Positions 1 to 9,419 of a stretch of 64,000 bases of DNA are shown here, piece after piece. Position 1 is the first letter of the stretch; each line of letters opens with the position of its first letter. The notes beneath the pieces are model-generated. The model was not told where the DNA came from and made no database searches. It worked only from the letters and a program-made list of their open reading frames with translations. The stretch is from Candidatus Thalassospirochaeta sargassi (GTDB taxonomy: Bacteria > Spirochaetota > Spirochaetia > UBA9216), in assembly GCA_028532855.1 (NCBI GenBank), contig JAQQAL010000009.1, forward strand, positions 43,106-107,105, written 5' to 3'. Made by a program: the position numbers and the translations under genes.

Positions 1-879
1 TTCATCCAACATTGGTTCAATCATGGTAGCGGTGTAGATTGTCTCTTCTGAAATTATCTGAATACTTTTTTCTGTCGAAATCTTTTTCCAGAGTGACGGA
101 TACAGTACACTCATATTCTGTTTTTTCCTGTCCTCAAACATGAAGCCCCATTCCTGTTCCGGGCGGTCATTATAAAACCAGTAACCTTCAGAGTTCAGCA
201 TTGAAAATGTTCCGGCATGACTTGACGTTGCCTCGATTAAATCGTCAAGAAGCAGCTGTCCAAAGAAATTCAGGATGACAACTCCCTTTAATTCGCCGCG
301 GCTGTTGAAAACGGGGGTGCTGAAGCGGATCATCGGCTTCAGCGGCTGTTCTATTTCTCCGTTCTCCATATTCAGATCAAAGGGTGAGATATAAATCTGG
401 TTTTCAGGCAGTGAAAGTGATTCGGTAAAGTAATATCTGCAGTCTTTATTCTGAAGGTTGTTCTGGGCTGTGACAGCGGGCTCTCCACTGTTATAATTCA
501 CTCTTGTAAGTTCCTTGCCGTATTTATCCAGGTATCTAAGCTGATCATATCTGTTTGTGCTGGAAATGAATTCCAGGAATTCTTTTTCCATTAGTTTTCT
601 ATCTGTTTCATTTTCCAGTTCTTTAAACCGGATCACTTCATTCAATCTCGTTAGAAACAGTAGTTCTGAGCGGATCGTGTTGAAATGAGAAAGCATCAGC
701 CGCTTCTGAATCCTTATCTGATCCTCCGCTGATGTTAGGTGAGTATTAAGGATTGCATCCCTGTTTGTTTTCTGGTAGAACGCAGTGATGGTTATTACCG
801 AAGCCATGAGAAAAATGAGAATGATTATAAAATATGAAAAAGCCGGAATCTGTCTGTTTCCGGCCAGTATCTTTTTCAT
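1..879 (-). CDS. Membrane sensor protein with periplasmic dCache domain (C-terminal part runs off the window; output domain not visible)
   Basis: Not in the ORF track. Manual translation from ATG 879 is open to base 1: MKKILAGNRQIPAFSYFIIILIFLMASVITITAF (TM), then YDQLRYLD...RYYF...IYISPFDLNMENGEIEQPLKPMIRFSTPVF...GVVILN, a typical dCache_1 pattern. TTGCGA-17-TATAAT lies 7 nt upstream. Confidence 0.85.
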   Translation of the reverse strand, partial: MKKILAGNRQIPAFSYFIIILIFLMASVITITAFYQKTNRDAILNTHLTSAEDQIRIQKRLMLSHFNTIRSELLFLTRLNEVIRFKELENETDRKLMEKEFLEFISSTNRYDQLRYLDKYGKELTRVNYNSGEPAVTAQNNLQNKDCRYYFTESLSLPENQIYISPFDLNMENGEIEQPLKPMIRFSTPVFNSRGELKGVVILNFFGQLLLDDLIEATSSHAGTFSMLNSEGYWFYNDRPEQEWGFMFEDRKKQNMSVLYPSLWKKISTEKSIQIISEETIYTATMIEPMLDE

Positions 880-887
880 GTTTTTGA

Positions 888-2558
888 TTATAATTGCTGA
901 GGACTGCTATCGCAATAAGAATGCCGAATATTCTTTTCAATAGGGAATTTTTGCAGTTTGCCGGCAGTCCTCACAAAGAGGTATGCTCTATCAGCAGGAT
1001 TAACGGGTTCTTCACTCTCCGGTATAAATATGATCGAGCGTTTAAGTTCACTCTTTCTGATTTCAGGATGAAGGCTGCCGATTTTTCTGCATGCAACAGT
1101 TTTTTTTCTGTAAATCTCATCTGTGTTTTCATAGTCAATATATGCCGGGTAGCGTTGAGCCTTTGCATAAAAGCACCAGTCGAATCGAAGAAGGTCTTTA
1201 ATCACGGACGCTCCGGGCTGAGTTGCCTCTGCAATTTCGAACAGCATTTGCCCCCAGTATTCCCAGCCGGTTCTGCTCAGGCTGGGTTCCGGCTCCAGCA
1301 GCTTTGAAAAAAGCCTGTACCAGCCCCCGGTTTTATTAATTATGACCGGCAGGCTGTGTTGATAGAAGCCGCTGTTATAAAGAAGGTTGATCAAGCGAGC
1401 AATGCGTTTGAACCGGGATAGCTGCAGGAAACTGTAAGATGGTGTTTGAAGCACTTCGTATGGAGGCGCTGTTGAGGAGATAATACCAAGGCTCAATGCT
1501 TCTGCCGCGAGCGGGGTGCCCGGAATAATTTTAAGGAAGCCCGGCTGAAAAACATCCGGTCTGAGTGATAATATCCTGTCTATGCTCTCCGCCGCGGCCG
1601 CAGGGCAGTCTCCCGGCAGACCGATTATCTGATCAAGGTGAACATGAAATTTCTTCATTTCGATTATCCGGGCTATATTCTTAAACGATTCGACAGGCTT
1701 GTCGGTTCTGTTGACCTTGCGCAATACGTTTTCATTGGTCGATTGAATGCCTATCTCAAACTGCGCGCTGCTTGCCTTGAGGCTTTCAATCAGCCTGAAG
1801 TCCTCGTCCTGAAGAAGCGATGGATGCAGTTCAAAGTGGAAGCATCCTGCCGGGGGATTTGAGGCCATATGCCGCCAGATAAGTCTGGAAACGGCAGGCC
1901 TGGCGTTAAAGGTTCTATCTACGAATTTGACGGTTCCCCTAAATCGGCTGAGCAGGCTTATCTCTGATATAATCTGTTCAGCTGTACGGTATTCTACTGG
2001 CGAATTATCCACAGATGAGAGACAGTATGAGCAGTTGAACATGCAGCCGCGTGATGCTTCATAGTAGATTATTCTGCCCTTAAATTGCCGGAGACTGTCT
2101 TCGGTGTAGGGGAAGACAGTGCTGCTGAAACAGCTGGGCTGTTTTCTTATTACTGATGCTTCGGCAGGTTTTTGAAGCCTGCAGAGTTCGGCTGCAAAAT
2201 CTTCAGCATTCCCGTCAAGGATGAAGTCGAGCCCGGAGACTTTTAACCAGTCGGGTTTATTGTGAACTGCTTCAGGACCGCCTGTGCAGATTACTGCATC
2301 AGGCAGCAGCCTCCCGAGGTCAGGGAGCAGGGTTTTAAGATAGACTGAGTTCCATATATATGCTGAAAAAACAAAACAGCTTCCTCCGCTTTCTGCGAGT
2401 TTTTCAAGCAGCTCGTGAGCCGGTCTGTTTATATCCCATTCAATAGTTTGACAGATACAATCGTCTGTTTTGAGACTCATGGCGGTCTCCAGGTATAGCA
2501 GGGCAAGGTTTGTATGTGAGTATCGGGCGTTAATAGAGGTCAGTATAATTTTACTCAT
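888..2558 (-). CDS. B12-binding domain radical SAM protein
   Basis: N-terminal IILTSINARYSHTNLAL B12-binding start; YEASRGCMFNCSYC CxxxCxxC; FVDRTFN, EIGIQS, HLDQIIGLPG motifs. Start moved to 2558 (TATACT 6 nt upstream); 2576 is the alternative. Confidence 0.9.
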   Translation of the reverse strand: MSKIILTSINARYSHTNLALLYLETAMSLKTDDCICQTIEWDINRPAHELLEKLAESGGSCFVFSAYIWNSVYLKTLLPDLGRLLPDAVICTGGPEAVHNKPDWLKVSGLDFILDGNAEDFAAELCRLQKPAEASVIRKQPSCFSSTVFPYTEDSLRQFKGRIIYYEASRGCMFNCSYCLSSVDNSPVEYRTAEQIISEISLLSRFRGTVKFVDRTFNARPAVSRLIWRHMASNPPAGCFHFELHPSLLQDEDFRLIESLKASSAQFEIGIQSTNENVLRKVNRTDKPVESFKNIARIIEMKKFHVHLDQIIGLPGDCPAAAAESIDRILSLRPDVFQPGFLKIIPGTPLAAEALSLGIISSTAPPYEVLQTPSYSFLQLSRFKRIARLINLLYNSGFYQHSLPVIINKTGGWYRLFSKLLEPEPSLSRTGWEYWGQMLFEIAEATQPGASVIKDLLRFDWCFYAKAQRYPAYIDYENTDEIYRKKTVACRKIGSLHPEIRKSELKRSIIFIPESEEPVNPADRAYLFVRTAGKLQKFPIEKNIRHSYCDSSPQQL

Positions 2559-2636
2559 TTCATCAGTATAAGTCATTTGTATGAATTGTTGATTAAATAT
2601 TTGCATTCCAATGCTTCATTACCGATAATTATATCG

Positions 2637-4076
2637 ATGAAGGCTCCGGTAAACAGGATTTTTACAGTTCAGATTATTTTATTCGCAGTATCTATATTTA
2701 TAGCTTCGGGGCTTGTTTTTTTCAGGATTTCAGTGATGCACACTGAAAACAGTCTGAAAAACCAGCTGTATTCCGAACTTGCACTTAAAGCAAATGATTT
2801 GAACTATAAGGTCCTTTTTGCTCAGGAAAATGTCAAAGCTCTTTCGAGCCGGACAATGATTAGAACAGCGCTATATAATTATAAAACAGGCATTATCAGT
2901 CTTGATGAGGTAAGACGATATACCCAGTCGAAGTATGCGGAGGGTGCCTCGGTATACAATGATATTCTCTATGCACGAAGACTCGGGCCCGGAGGGGAGA
3001 TAATTGCCGATTGGATGTCTGTTCCTCCGGGTGATGAGGTGTCGGAGGAAGCGGAGCTAAGTTTCTTCGAAAGTGAAGGAGGCTGTAATATTTTTATTCG
3101 CAAACGGATTATTCATCAAGGTACGGAAGTCGGTACGGATGAAGCAGCATTTTTCATTGGTAATTTTAAAGTAGACAGCAAAAGTTTGTTGTATTCAATA
3201 AATATTCATGACACTGATGTTCAAAACCTGAAGATGTCCGATTTTAAGTTCTCGCATCCTATAGGAGATACAGGTTTTTTTTTAGAAGCTGAACTGAATC
3301 AGAAACATCTCTCTTCTGCTTTGAGAAGGGAGTTGATGGCCGCGCTTATTCAGGCTGGAATACTTTTTGCAGCAGTTCTGGTAATCTCTTATTTTACAAT
3401 TCTGCGAATGACATTATCATTAATCAGCAATCTGAATACTGTTAATGATCAGCTTACGGAAACTCTTGCAGAGCGGGATGTTCTTTTTCAGGAGCTGCAG
3501 CACAGGGTTAAGAATAATCTGAATTTTATAATCAGTTACATCAACCTTCAGAAGATGAATATTGATAATGAAGAGCTGAAAAACCAGAATGAACAGCTTG
3601 CAGGAAAGGTGGAGGCCCTCAGTCTGGTCTATGAAATGCTTGCAAAAGGGGGACAGTTTGCTGAACTTGAATTGGGCGGGTATCTTGAAGAGCTATGCAG
3701 GAAGATGGTTGAGTCATCCCATGAGGAAGATATCAGGGTAGTTTCAGATCTACAAAAAGAATTGGTCGTAAAATCGAAAATAGTTATCACACTCGGGCTG
3801 ATTTTTTCTGAATTCGTTGTAAATACAGTCAAGCATGCGGTAGTAGAGAATGAATTGACAATCACATTCGGGCTTGAACAGGATGACTGTAATATAATCC
3901 TTTATTATGAAGATGACGGGAAGCCTTTTCCTGATGATGTTGAATTAAACGACGGCTCTTCACTTGGGTCTCTCATTGTCCGCAGTCTCGTAGAACAGCT
4001 TCGCGGCAGTCTTGAATATGATTTCAGACGGAGCAAAAGAATAGATATAATTATCCCTTTATCTGCCGCAACATGA
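2637..4076 (+). CDS. Sensor histidine kinase, HWE/HisKA_2 type
   Basis: Two TM segments; ELQHRVKNNL H-box; EFVVNTVKHA N-box; YEDDG and SLGSLIV G-boxes. Start moved to 2637 (TTGCAT-17-GATAAT upstream). Confidence 0.9.
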   Translation: MKAPVNRIFTVQIILFAVSIFIASGLVFFRISVMHTENSLKNQLYSELALKANDLNYKVLFAQENVKALSSRTMIRTALYNYKTGIISLDEVRRYTQSKYAEGASVYNDILYARRLGPGGEIIADWMSVPPGDEVSEEAELSFFESEGGCNIFIRKRIIHQGTEVGTDEAAFFIGNFKVDSKSLLYSINIHDTDVQNLKMSDFKFSHPIGDTGFFLEAELNQKHLSSALRRELMAALIQAGILFAAVLVISYFTILRMTLSLISNLNTVNDQLTETLAERDVLFQELQHRVKNNLNFIISYINLQKMNIDNEELKNQNEQLAGKVEALSLVYEMLAKGGQFAELELGGYLEELCRKMVESSHEEDIRVVSDLQKELVVKSKIVITLGLIFSEFVVNTVKHAVVENELTITFGLEQDDCNIILYYEDDGKPFPDDVELNDGSSLGSLIVRSLVEQLRGSLEYDFRRSKRIDIIIPLSAAT

Positions 4077-4834
4077 TGATTAATGTTGCGGTTGAGATTG
4101 CTGACGATCTTTATTTTTTCACGAAAAAGAAATATCACGATAAAAACTTTAATATCAGCTTTGAAGGCGGCAGGTCTGTCAAAGATTTGGTTGAGAGCAT
4201 CGGAATTCCCCATGTTGAGATTGGTAGAGTCCGGCAGGACGGTGAGTTTGTAGGTGTTAATTCATTGATAGTTGAGGACTGCTGTTTAAGGATTGACGCA
4301 CCGGAGCCCGGGCTTCCGGCTAATAATATACCGCTGCGGTTTATTCTTGATGTTCACCTCGGCAGACTTGCCGAATACCTAAGGATGCTTGGATTTGACG
4401 CGGATTATTCGAATGACAGGGATGATGCTGAACTGGCATCCCTTGCCTCCGGATGCGAGCAGGGGGGAGCTGCCCCGGGCGGTATTCTTCTGAGCTGCGA
4501 CCGCGGTCTGCTTATGAGACGGATTATTACAGCCGGGATGCTTATCCGCAGCAGGAATCCCGAACAGCAGATTGTTGAGGTGCTTCGCAGGTTCAATCTT
4601 TCAGGCCGTGTTCGGCCCTTTTCCCGCTGTTTCAATTGCGGGGGGCTGCTGGAGAATGCCGGCGGGCTGGATGATTTAAGCGGCGATGAATATAGCCGGA
4701 TTCCTGACGGAGTGCGCATCTGGTGCAGGGAATATACCCGCTGCACCAGATGCGGACAGCTGTACTGGGAGGGCGGCCATTTTATCGGGATGCGGGAAAA
4801 GGTGAGGAAGATGCTGGATGCTTCAACAGGCTGA
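4073..4834 (+). CDS. Mut7-C RNase domain protein (ubiquitin-like + PIN-like + Zn ribbon)
   Basis: SVKDLVESIGIPHVEIG, RFILDVHLGRLAEYLRMLGFD, RCFNC...RCTRCGQLYWEGGH; ATGA overlap with the kinase. Confidence 0.9.
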   Translation: MMINVAVEIADDLYFFTKKKYHDKNFNISFEGGRSVKDLVESIGIPHVEIGRVRQDGEFVGVNSLIVEDCCLRIDAPEPGLPANNIPLRFILDVHLGRLAEYLRMLGFDADYSNDRDDAELASLASGCEQGGAAPGGILLSCDRGLLMRRIITAGMLIRSRNPEQQIVEVLRRFNLSGRVRPFSRCFNCGGLLENAGGLDDLSGDEYSRIPDGVRIWCREYTRCTRCGQLYWEGGHFIGMREKVRKMLDASTG

Positions 4835-4836
4835 GA

Positions 4837-5703
4837 TCAGTTAAGTTTCAGGTATTCCGCCGCTGTCGGGTTTTCGGCAGACATTATCGTAGTGAAACTT
4901 TTATCCGCAGTGTGAATAATGCAGTCTAAAAGACCGGGGTTAGAGCTGTTGGCTGCGATTTCAGTCCCGGTTATCTTCTCGAGGGGAATATAGCAGTCTT
5001 CTTTCCCGTAATCAGTCTGTCCAATATATTTGAAGTCTCTGCCCTTTCCGATGATTTTAACCTCGCGGCCGTTACAGAAATGAAGAGATTCCATCAGTTG
5101 TTTCGAAATAATAAGGTTGAATAAATTTCTCAGTCCTGATTTGCCCACCTGGTTAAGCTTGATTCTGCTCTGATATGAAAAGAGTTTAAATCCTGTCTCT
5201 TTCTCTTTTTCGGCTGATGCAAGAGTTGAAAAGTAAAAATCAAGCTCGCCGTCTTCTGGTGTTATCTCATTGAGGGAAGGCATATTTTCTGCTTTTGTAT
5301 AACGCTCTCTGACAATATGAATTATTTTATAAATAATATCTGAAGATACGGTGTTATAAGGGAATGTGTAATTGTCATCTTTTGTAAAAAGACTTAGTGA
5401 GCCATTGAGAAGGACTTCGCTGTTTTTAATACAGAAGATATCACAGTAATTAAAGTTGTCTTTTACTACCTCCTCTCCCTCTCGTCTGAGAATGTCAAAA
5501 TCATCTTTATACATATTCAGAACGTAATCATAAAGATTCATGCCGGGTGTTGCGCTTCTGCGATCAATGGGGCGGGGTATTTTTATCGATAACAATGACG
5601 CATCTTTTCTTGTTGCGTATGGAATAAAAAGGGGCGGCAGGGGATCAGTTTCCGTGATTTCCAGAATCCAGGGACCGAACCTGTCATATTCTGCATTTCT
5701 CAT
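4837..5703 (-). CDS. Conserved hypothetical protein
   Basis: 288-aa ORF with conserved-looking N-terminus EYDRFGPWILEI; near-consensus promoter directly upstream. Confidence 0.75.
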   Translation of the reverse strand: MRNAEYDRFGPWILEITETDPLPPLFIPYATRKDASLLSIKIPRPIDRRSATPGMNLYDYVLNMYKDDFDILRREGEEVVKDNFNYCDIFCIKNSEVLLNGSLSLFTKDDNYTFPYNTVSSDIIYKIIHIVRERYTKAENMPSLNEITPEDGELDFYFSTLASAEKEKETGFKLFSYQSRIKLNQVGKSGLRNLFNLIISKQLMESLHFCNGREVKIIGKGRDFKYIGQTDYGKEDCYIPLEKITGTEIAANSSNPGLLDCIIHTADKSFTTIMSAENPTAAEYLKLN

Positions 5704-5709
5704 AATTAA

Positions 5710-5738
5710 ACTATAAAACCGGGAATTGGACTTGTCAA
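5710..5738 (-). promoter_or_regulatory. Sigma70 promoter TTGACA-17-TATAGT (leaderless transcript)
   Basis: Near-perfect consensus; the -10 ends 6 nt before ATG 5703; no SD. Confidence 0.75.
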
Positions 5739-5836
5739 TCTTTGTATTCAGTCCTGGTCGGATAAAAAAATCCGGCTTTTCGAATTCAATAGAATGGAAA
5801 AACCGGACTCAGTAAAATTTGTAAATCCTGAAAATA

Positions 5837-7048
5837 TTAAGCGAAGCGCATTGCCTCAAGTGCAAAAACCTTTTCTTCATCGGTAGGGATGACCCAGGCT
5901 TTGAGTCCGGGGATAGTACCGCTTTCAGCGATTATGCATTCTTCGCTGCGGGTTCCATTTGCTGTTTCATCAATCTTCCACTTGTAGAGCTTCATAAAGT
6001 TCAGCACCTTGCTCCTGAAGTAGCCCTCGTTCTCGCCTATGCCGCCTGTGAACACAATCCCTTTGGGGGAATCCATTGTGCCCAGGTAGCTGCAGAAGTA
6101 TTTTGCGACCCTGTATGCGGCAATTTCAACTACCAGTTCAGCTTCCTTGTCTCCCTCAAGCGCAGCCTGTCTGATGAAGTGCATTTCTTTGATGCCGTCT
6201 TTGCTGTAAAGACCGTAGAGACCCGATTCCTTATTCAGAATTCGCACAATCTCTTTAATATCGGTGTTGAGATTGTCTGCCATCAATTCAAGAACGCCCG
6301 GATCAACGTCACCGCTTCTCGTTCCCATCACCAGGCCCTCAAGCGGGGTCGTTCCCATTGTTGTGTCTGCACCTATCCCGCCTGCAACCTTGGCCATTGA
6401 GCATCCGTTTCCAAGATGCGCGACAACAATGTTATTGTCTGTATCTGAAAGCTTATTAAGTTCGGCAAAGCGTTTTGTTATAAATGTGTATGATGCGCCG
6501 TGAAACCCGTAGCGCATAATATTGTAATCCTTTATCCATGACCTTGGTACACCGTAGTATCTTGCGTACTCGGGCATGCGTGCGTGAAACTGAGTGTCGA
6601 ATATGCCGGCATTCGGAACCTTGCCGAAAACCGGGTCGGCAAGTGCTGCCTGAACAATCTGAAGATTGGCTGGATTATGCAGCGGCGCAAGTGAGGAGTA
6701 TTCCTTAAGGTAGCCGGCTATTTTACCGTCCGGTCCGTCTATAAGCACAGTGTCTTTTATTGCGGGTCCGCCGTGAACACAGCGGTGGCCGGCGGCTACA
6801 ATGTTAAGTCCCGGAAAGCGCTCGTCAATTATTTCGGTTATTTCATGCAGGGCTGATTTGTGATCATCCATCGGCATCTCGAGTTTTTCCTTCTCCCCCC
6901 CGGTCTTGATGTCGATATAACCCTTGGGTGTTCCAAGTCCCTGGCAGTTGAAGTCGACTACTGATTCAACCTCAGTACCTTCAACCTTTTTAACAGCCAC
7001 CTTTATCGATGAGCTTCCGCCGTTAAAACAGATTACGTGTTTGTCCAT
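5837..7048 (-). CDS. ackA: Acetate kinase
   Basis: NGGSSSIK, GHRCVHGG, APLHNP, RYGFHG, HLGNGCS, TPLEGLVMGTRSGDVDP, FTGGIGEN, IPTDEE. Confidence 0.95.
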   Translation of the reverse strand: MDKHVICFNGGSSSIKVAVKKVEGTEVESVVDFNCQGLGTPKGYIDIKTGGEKEKLEMPMDDHKSALHEITEIIDERFPGLNIVAAGHRCVHGGPAIKDTVLIDGPDGKIAGYLKEYSSLAPLHNPANLQIVQAALADPVFGKVPNAGIFDTQFHARMPEYARYYGVPRSWIKDYNIMRYGFHGASYTFITKRFAELNKLSDTDNNIVVAHLGNGCSMAKVAGGIGADTTMGTTPLEGLVMGTRSGDVDPGVLELMADNLNTDIKEIVRILNKESGLYGLYSKDGIKEMHFIRQAALEGDKEAELVVEIAAYRVAKYFCSYLGTMDSPKGIVFTGGIGENEGYFRSKVLNFMKLYKWKIDETANGTRSEECIIAESGTIPGLKAWVIPTDEEKVFALEAMRFA

Positions 7049-7338
7049 GTTTTCATTATCTCCTCTTTTCCGTGATATCCGCCGTGTGTTTTCAGCTCTC
7101 CGTTAACTACAAGAGCGGGGGTGAACTTGATGTCCGGAGATTCTGTCGCGATACTATGACAGCCCGGGCAATAACCAAGCAGACAGCCCTGCTGTACTCC
7201 CCATTTTTCGATTTCTTCGGCGTTTTCTATTTTTCTAATTGTGTATTCGAGACCGGATTCTTCAGCCGCTTCAATGATAAGCTCCATGTATTGATCGCTT
7301 ACAGCGCATTCCGAGCCTAGTACAATTAATTCAGTCAC
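7033..7338 (-). CDS. Small thioredoxin-like (redox-active disulfide protein 2 type) protein with Cys-rich insertion
   Basis: LIVLGSEC...IRKIENAEEIEKWGV...TPALVVNGELK fits the Thioredoxin_3 fold; GTG start with extended -10 TGCTATTCT 6 nt upstream. Confidence 0.75.
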   Translation of the reverse strand: MTELIVLGSECAVSDQYMELIIEAAEESGLEYTIRKIENAEEIEKWGVQQGCLLGYCPGCHSIATESPDIKFTPALVVNGELKTHGGYHGKEEIMKTWTNT

Positions 7339-7420
7339 GTGGAAAGAATAGCATAGTTTAACTTATCTTTACAGGTTGAATTACATAAACCTTATTTGTT
7401 CAGCCTTTCTTCTCTTTGGA

Positions 7421-7945
7421 TCATTCGAGTCCCCGGGGTTTACCGAGAATTTCAGCCCATACAACAGCTTTTTTAAGATTGTTCAGCTTTGACAGCTGTT
7501 CTCCGTTTTGCTGCACTCGCGGGTTGGCACAGCTGTCCCCCGGGGCATGCTGTGAGTTCAGGGCGTGGAGCCCCTCAGCTACCGGGGCAACTGATGCCTG
7601 CTCAATAGGCGTCGGTGCCTCCGCTGTAGGTGCAAGAGCTGTCGCTTCAGTCTTGCCGGCGGGGGCGCCATCCTCTTCGGGGCTGGAATGCTTTCCACTG
7701 AGTTTAGCCATCATCCCGGCAAAATCTTCCGAGCCGTCGAGGAGTTTGCTCCTGAGTGTGGTTCCCGGTTTCACGCCAATGTGCTTTGTGTCAGCAGCAC
7801 TCTCATCAGCAACCTTTGCTTCAGCAGCTGCATTATCAGACTCCTTCCTTTTTTTATTACGGCCGGCGGATTTTGCAATGCGTGTAAAAAAGAGAATAAC
7901 CATCAGCAGGGGTACAAAGGAAAAGATTGTCTCGAAGACGTCCAC
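7421..7945 (-). CDS. Hypothetical membrane-anchored protein downstream of floA (YqfB-position)
   Basis: N-terminal TM, low-complexity middle, C-terminal LKKAVVWAEILGKP. GTG 7945 follows GGAGG; ORF track start is 7969. Confidence 0.7.
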   Translation of the reverse strand: MDVFETIFSFVPLLMVILFFTRIAKSAGRNKKRKESDNAAAEAKVADESAADTKHIGVKPGTTLRSKLLDGSEDFAGMMAKLSGKHSSPEEDGAPAGKTEATALAPTAEAPTPIEQASVAPVAEGLHALNSQHAPGDSCANPRVQQNGEQLSKLNNLKKAVVWAEILGKPRGLE

Positions 7946-7949
7946 AGTC

Positions 7950-8942
7950 TTATTCCTCCCGGTCCTCATCTTTGAGATCGCCGTCTATGCTTTTGCGCAT
8001 ATCGGTGTCGGCCTGAACGTTCCGCATTTTATAATAGTCCATTATCCCCAGGTTGCCGGCATCGAATGCTCCTGCAATTGCTTTGGGTATTTCGGCCTCG
8101 GCAAGAACAACCTTTGCGCGGTTTTCTTCGACGAGGGCCGACATCTCCTGCTCGCGGGCCCGTGCCGCTGCGCGCCTCTGTTCGGCAACAGCCTGAAAAC
8201 GTCTCTTGTCGGCTTCAGCCTGGTCAGCCTGGAGCTTTGCTCCGATGTTTTCACCTACATCAACGTCTGCGATATCGATAGAAAGAATCTCGAAAGCTGT
8301 GCCGGCATCCAGCCCCTTCTGCAGAACCGTTTTTGAAATATTATCTGGATTCTCAAGAACATGTTTGTATGTTTCCGCCGAGCCTATGGTTGTTACAATT
8401 CCCTCTCCGACTCGGGCAATGATAGTCTCTTCGGTTGCCCCACCGACAAGGCGTTCGATGTTTGCGCGTACGGTTACCCTTGCGCGCGCCCGCAGCTGTA
8501 TGCCGTCTTTGGCTACCGCGTCAATTGTGTGCCGGCCCTTTTCCGGATTAGGACAGTCGATAACCTTCGGGTTTACGCTTGTTTTTACGGCGTCAAGGAC
8601 GTCTCGACCGGCAAGGTCGATGGCTGCAGCCTGTTTGAAATCAAGCGGGATGTTTGCCTTATTGGCTGCAACCAGTGCCTTGCTGACACTGATGACATCG
8701 CCGCTTGCAAGAAAGTGGGTTTCAAGAAGGTCCGAATCAGTTGAAATGCCGGCCTTGGTCAGCATTATTCTGCTGTCGACGATTACTCTTGAATTGACTC
8801 TTCTTATCCACATACCTATAAGCCGACCTATCGTAATGTGTGCGCCTGACAGCAGTGCCCTGAACCAGAGTCCGAAAAACCTGATAAAAATCGCTATTAT
8901 TGCAAGGGCTATAACTCCTAATACGATATAAACAACTAACAT
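7950..8942 (-). CDS. floA: Flotillin-like protein FloA (YqfA/UPF0365)
   Basis: [74 protein letters not shown]. Confidence 0.95.
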   Translation of the reverse strand: MLVVYIVLGVIALAIIAIFIRFFGLWFRALLSGAHITIGRLIGMWIRRVNSRVIVDSRIMLTKAGISTDSDLLETHFLASGDVISVSKALVAANKANIPLDFKQAAAIDLAGRDVLDAVKTSVNPKVIDCPNPEKGRHTIDAVAKDGIQLRARARVTVRANIERLVGGATEETIIARVGEGIVTTIGSAETYKHVLENPDNISKTVLQKGLDAGTAFEILSIDIADVDVGENIGAKLQADQAEADKRRFQAVAEQRRAAARAREQEMSALVEENRAKVVLAEAEIPKAIAGAFDAGNLGIMDYYKMRNVQADTDMRKSIDGDLKDEDREE

Positions 8943-9418
8943 TATTTTGCCTCCGTGACTATGATTCTGCTTCCTTCTGTTTTTAGAATTTCTACTTTTT
9001 TACCTTTCTCTATATATTCCCCGCCGGTTACGGCGCTGTACTTTAAGTTATTGACAATGATAGTTCCCGACGGACGTAAATCTGTGTGGGCGGTTCCGTC
9101 TTTTCCTGCAAGTTCGGTATAATCCACTGCTGTTGATTCAAAGCCCTCGCGGCTGTCCATCCTTCGGTGCAGTATCAGTTTTCTGCCGATAAATGTTTTC
9201 GGAAATATCCTGAAGAATATCAGCATAAGTGCAGGTACGATTATCAGGGATGCCGTAAGAAAAACGGCCCCTGCGGCAGTACTGAATTTAAAGGCTTTTA
9301 TAATACTTGCAACAACACTTGCGCCGCCGATGATTCCTATGAGACCGAAGGCTGGAACGAAGAATTCCAGCAGGATTGCGGCTATTCCTGTGAGCAGTAG
9401 GGTTATTGCAAGGGCCAA
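8942..9418 (-). CDS. Short NfeD family protein (TM + OB fold)
   Basis: [29 protein letters not shown]. Confidence 0.85.
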   Translation of the reverse strand: MALAITLLLTGIAAILLEFFVPAFGLIGIIGGASVVASIIKAFKFSTAAGAVFLTASLIIVPALMLIFFRIFPKTFIGRKLILHRRMDSREGFESTAVDYTELAGKDGTAHTDLRPSGTIIVNNLKYSAVTGGEYIEKGKKVEILKTEGSRIIVTEAK

Positions 9419-9419
9419 T

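Noticed and set aside
746-940. 64-aa minus-strand ORF
   Set aside because: Off-frame overlap of the real Cache-sensor start (ATG 879) and the radical SAM 3' end; not a frameshift.
5837-7048. AckA as a butyrate or propionate kinase because of divergent motifs (FDTQFH, HGASY)
   Set aside because: The acetyl-pocket residues (VHGG Val, PLHN Leu, GFHG Phe, TPLEG Pro) are retained.
7358-7386. TAACT/TTACA/TTACA repeats upstream of the thioredoxin-ackA unit
   Set aside because: Spacing is 10 and 12, on the wrong strand for the downstream genes; likely AT-rich noise.
7416-8931. Long plus-strand ORFs (306, 241 and 127 aa) opposite floA
   Set aside because: Antisense shadows of well-supported genes with no recognisable motifs. 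The same applies to 21824-22501, 42197-42978, 44465-44995 and similar ORFs.
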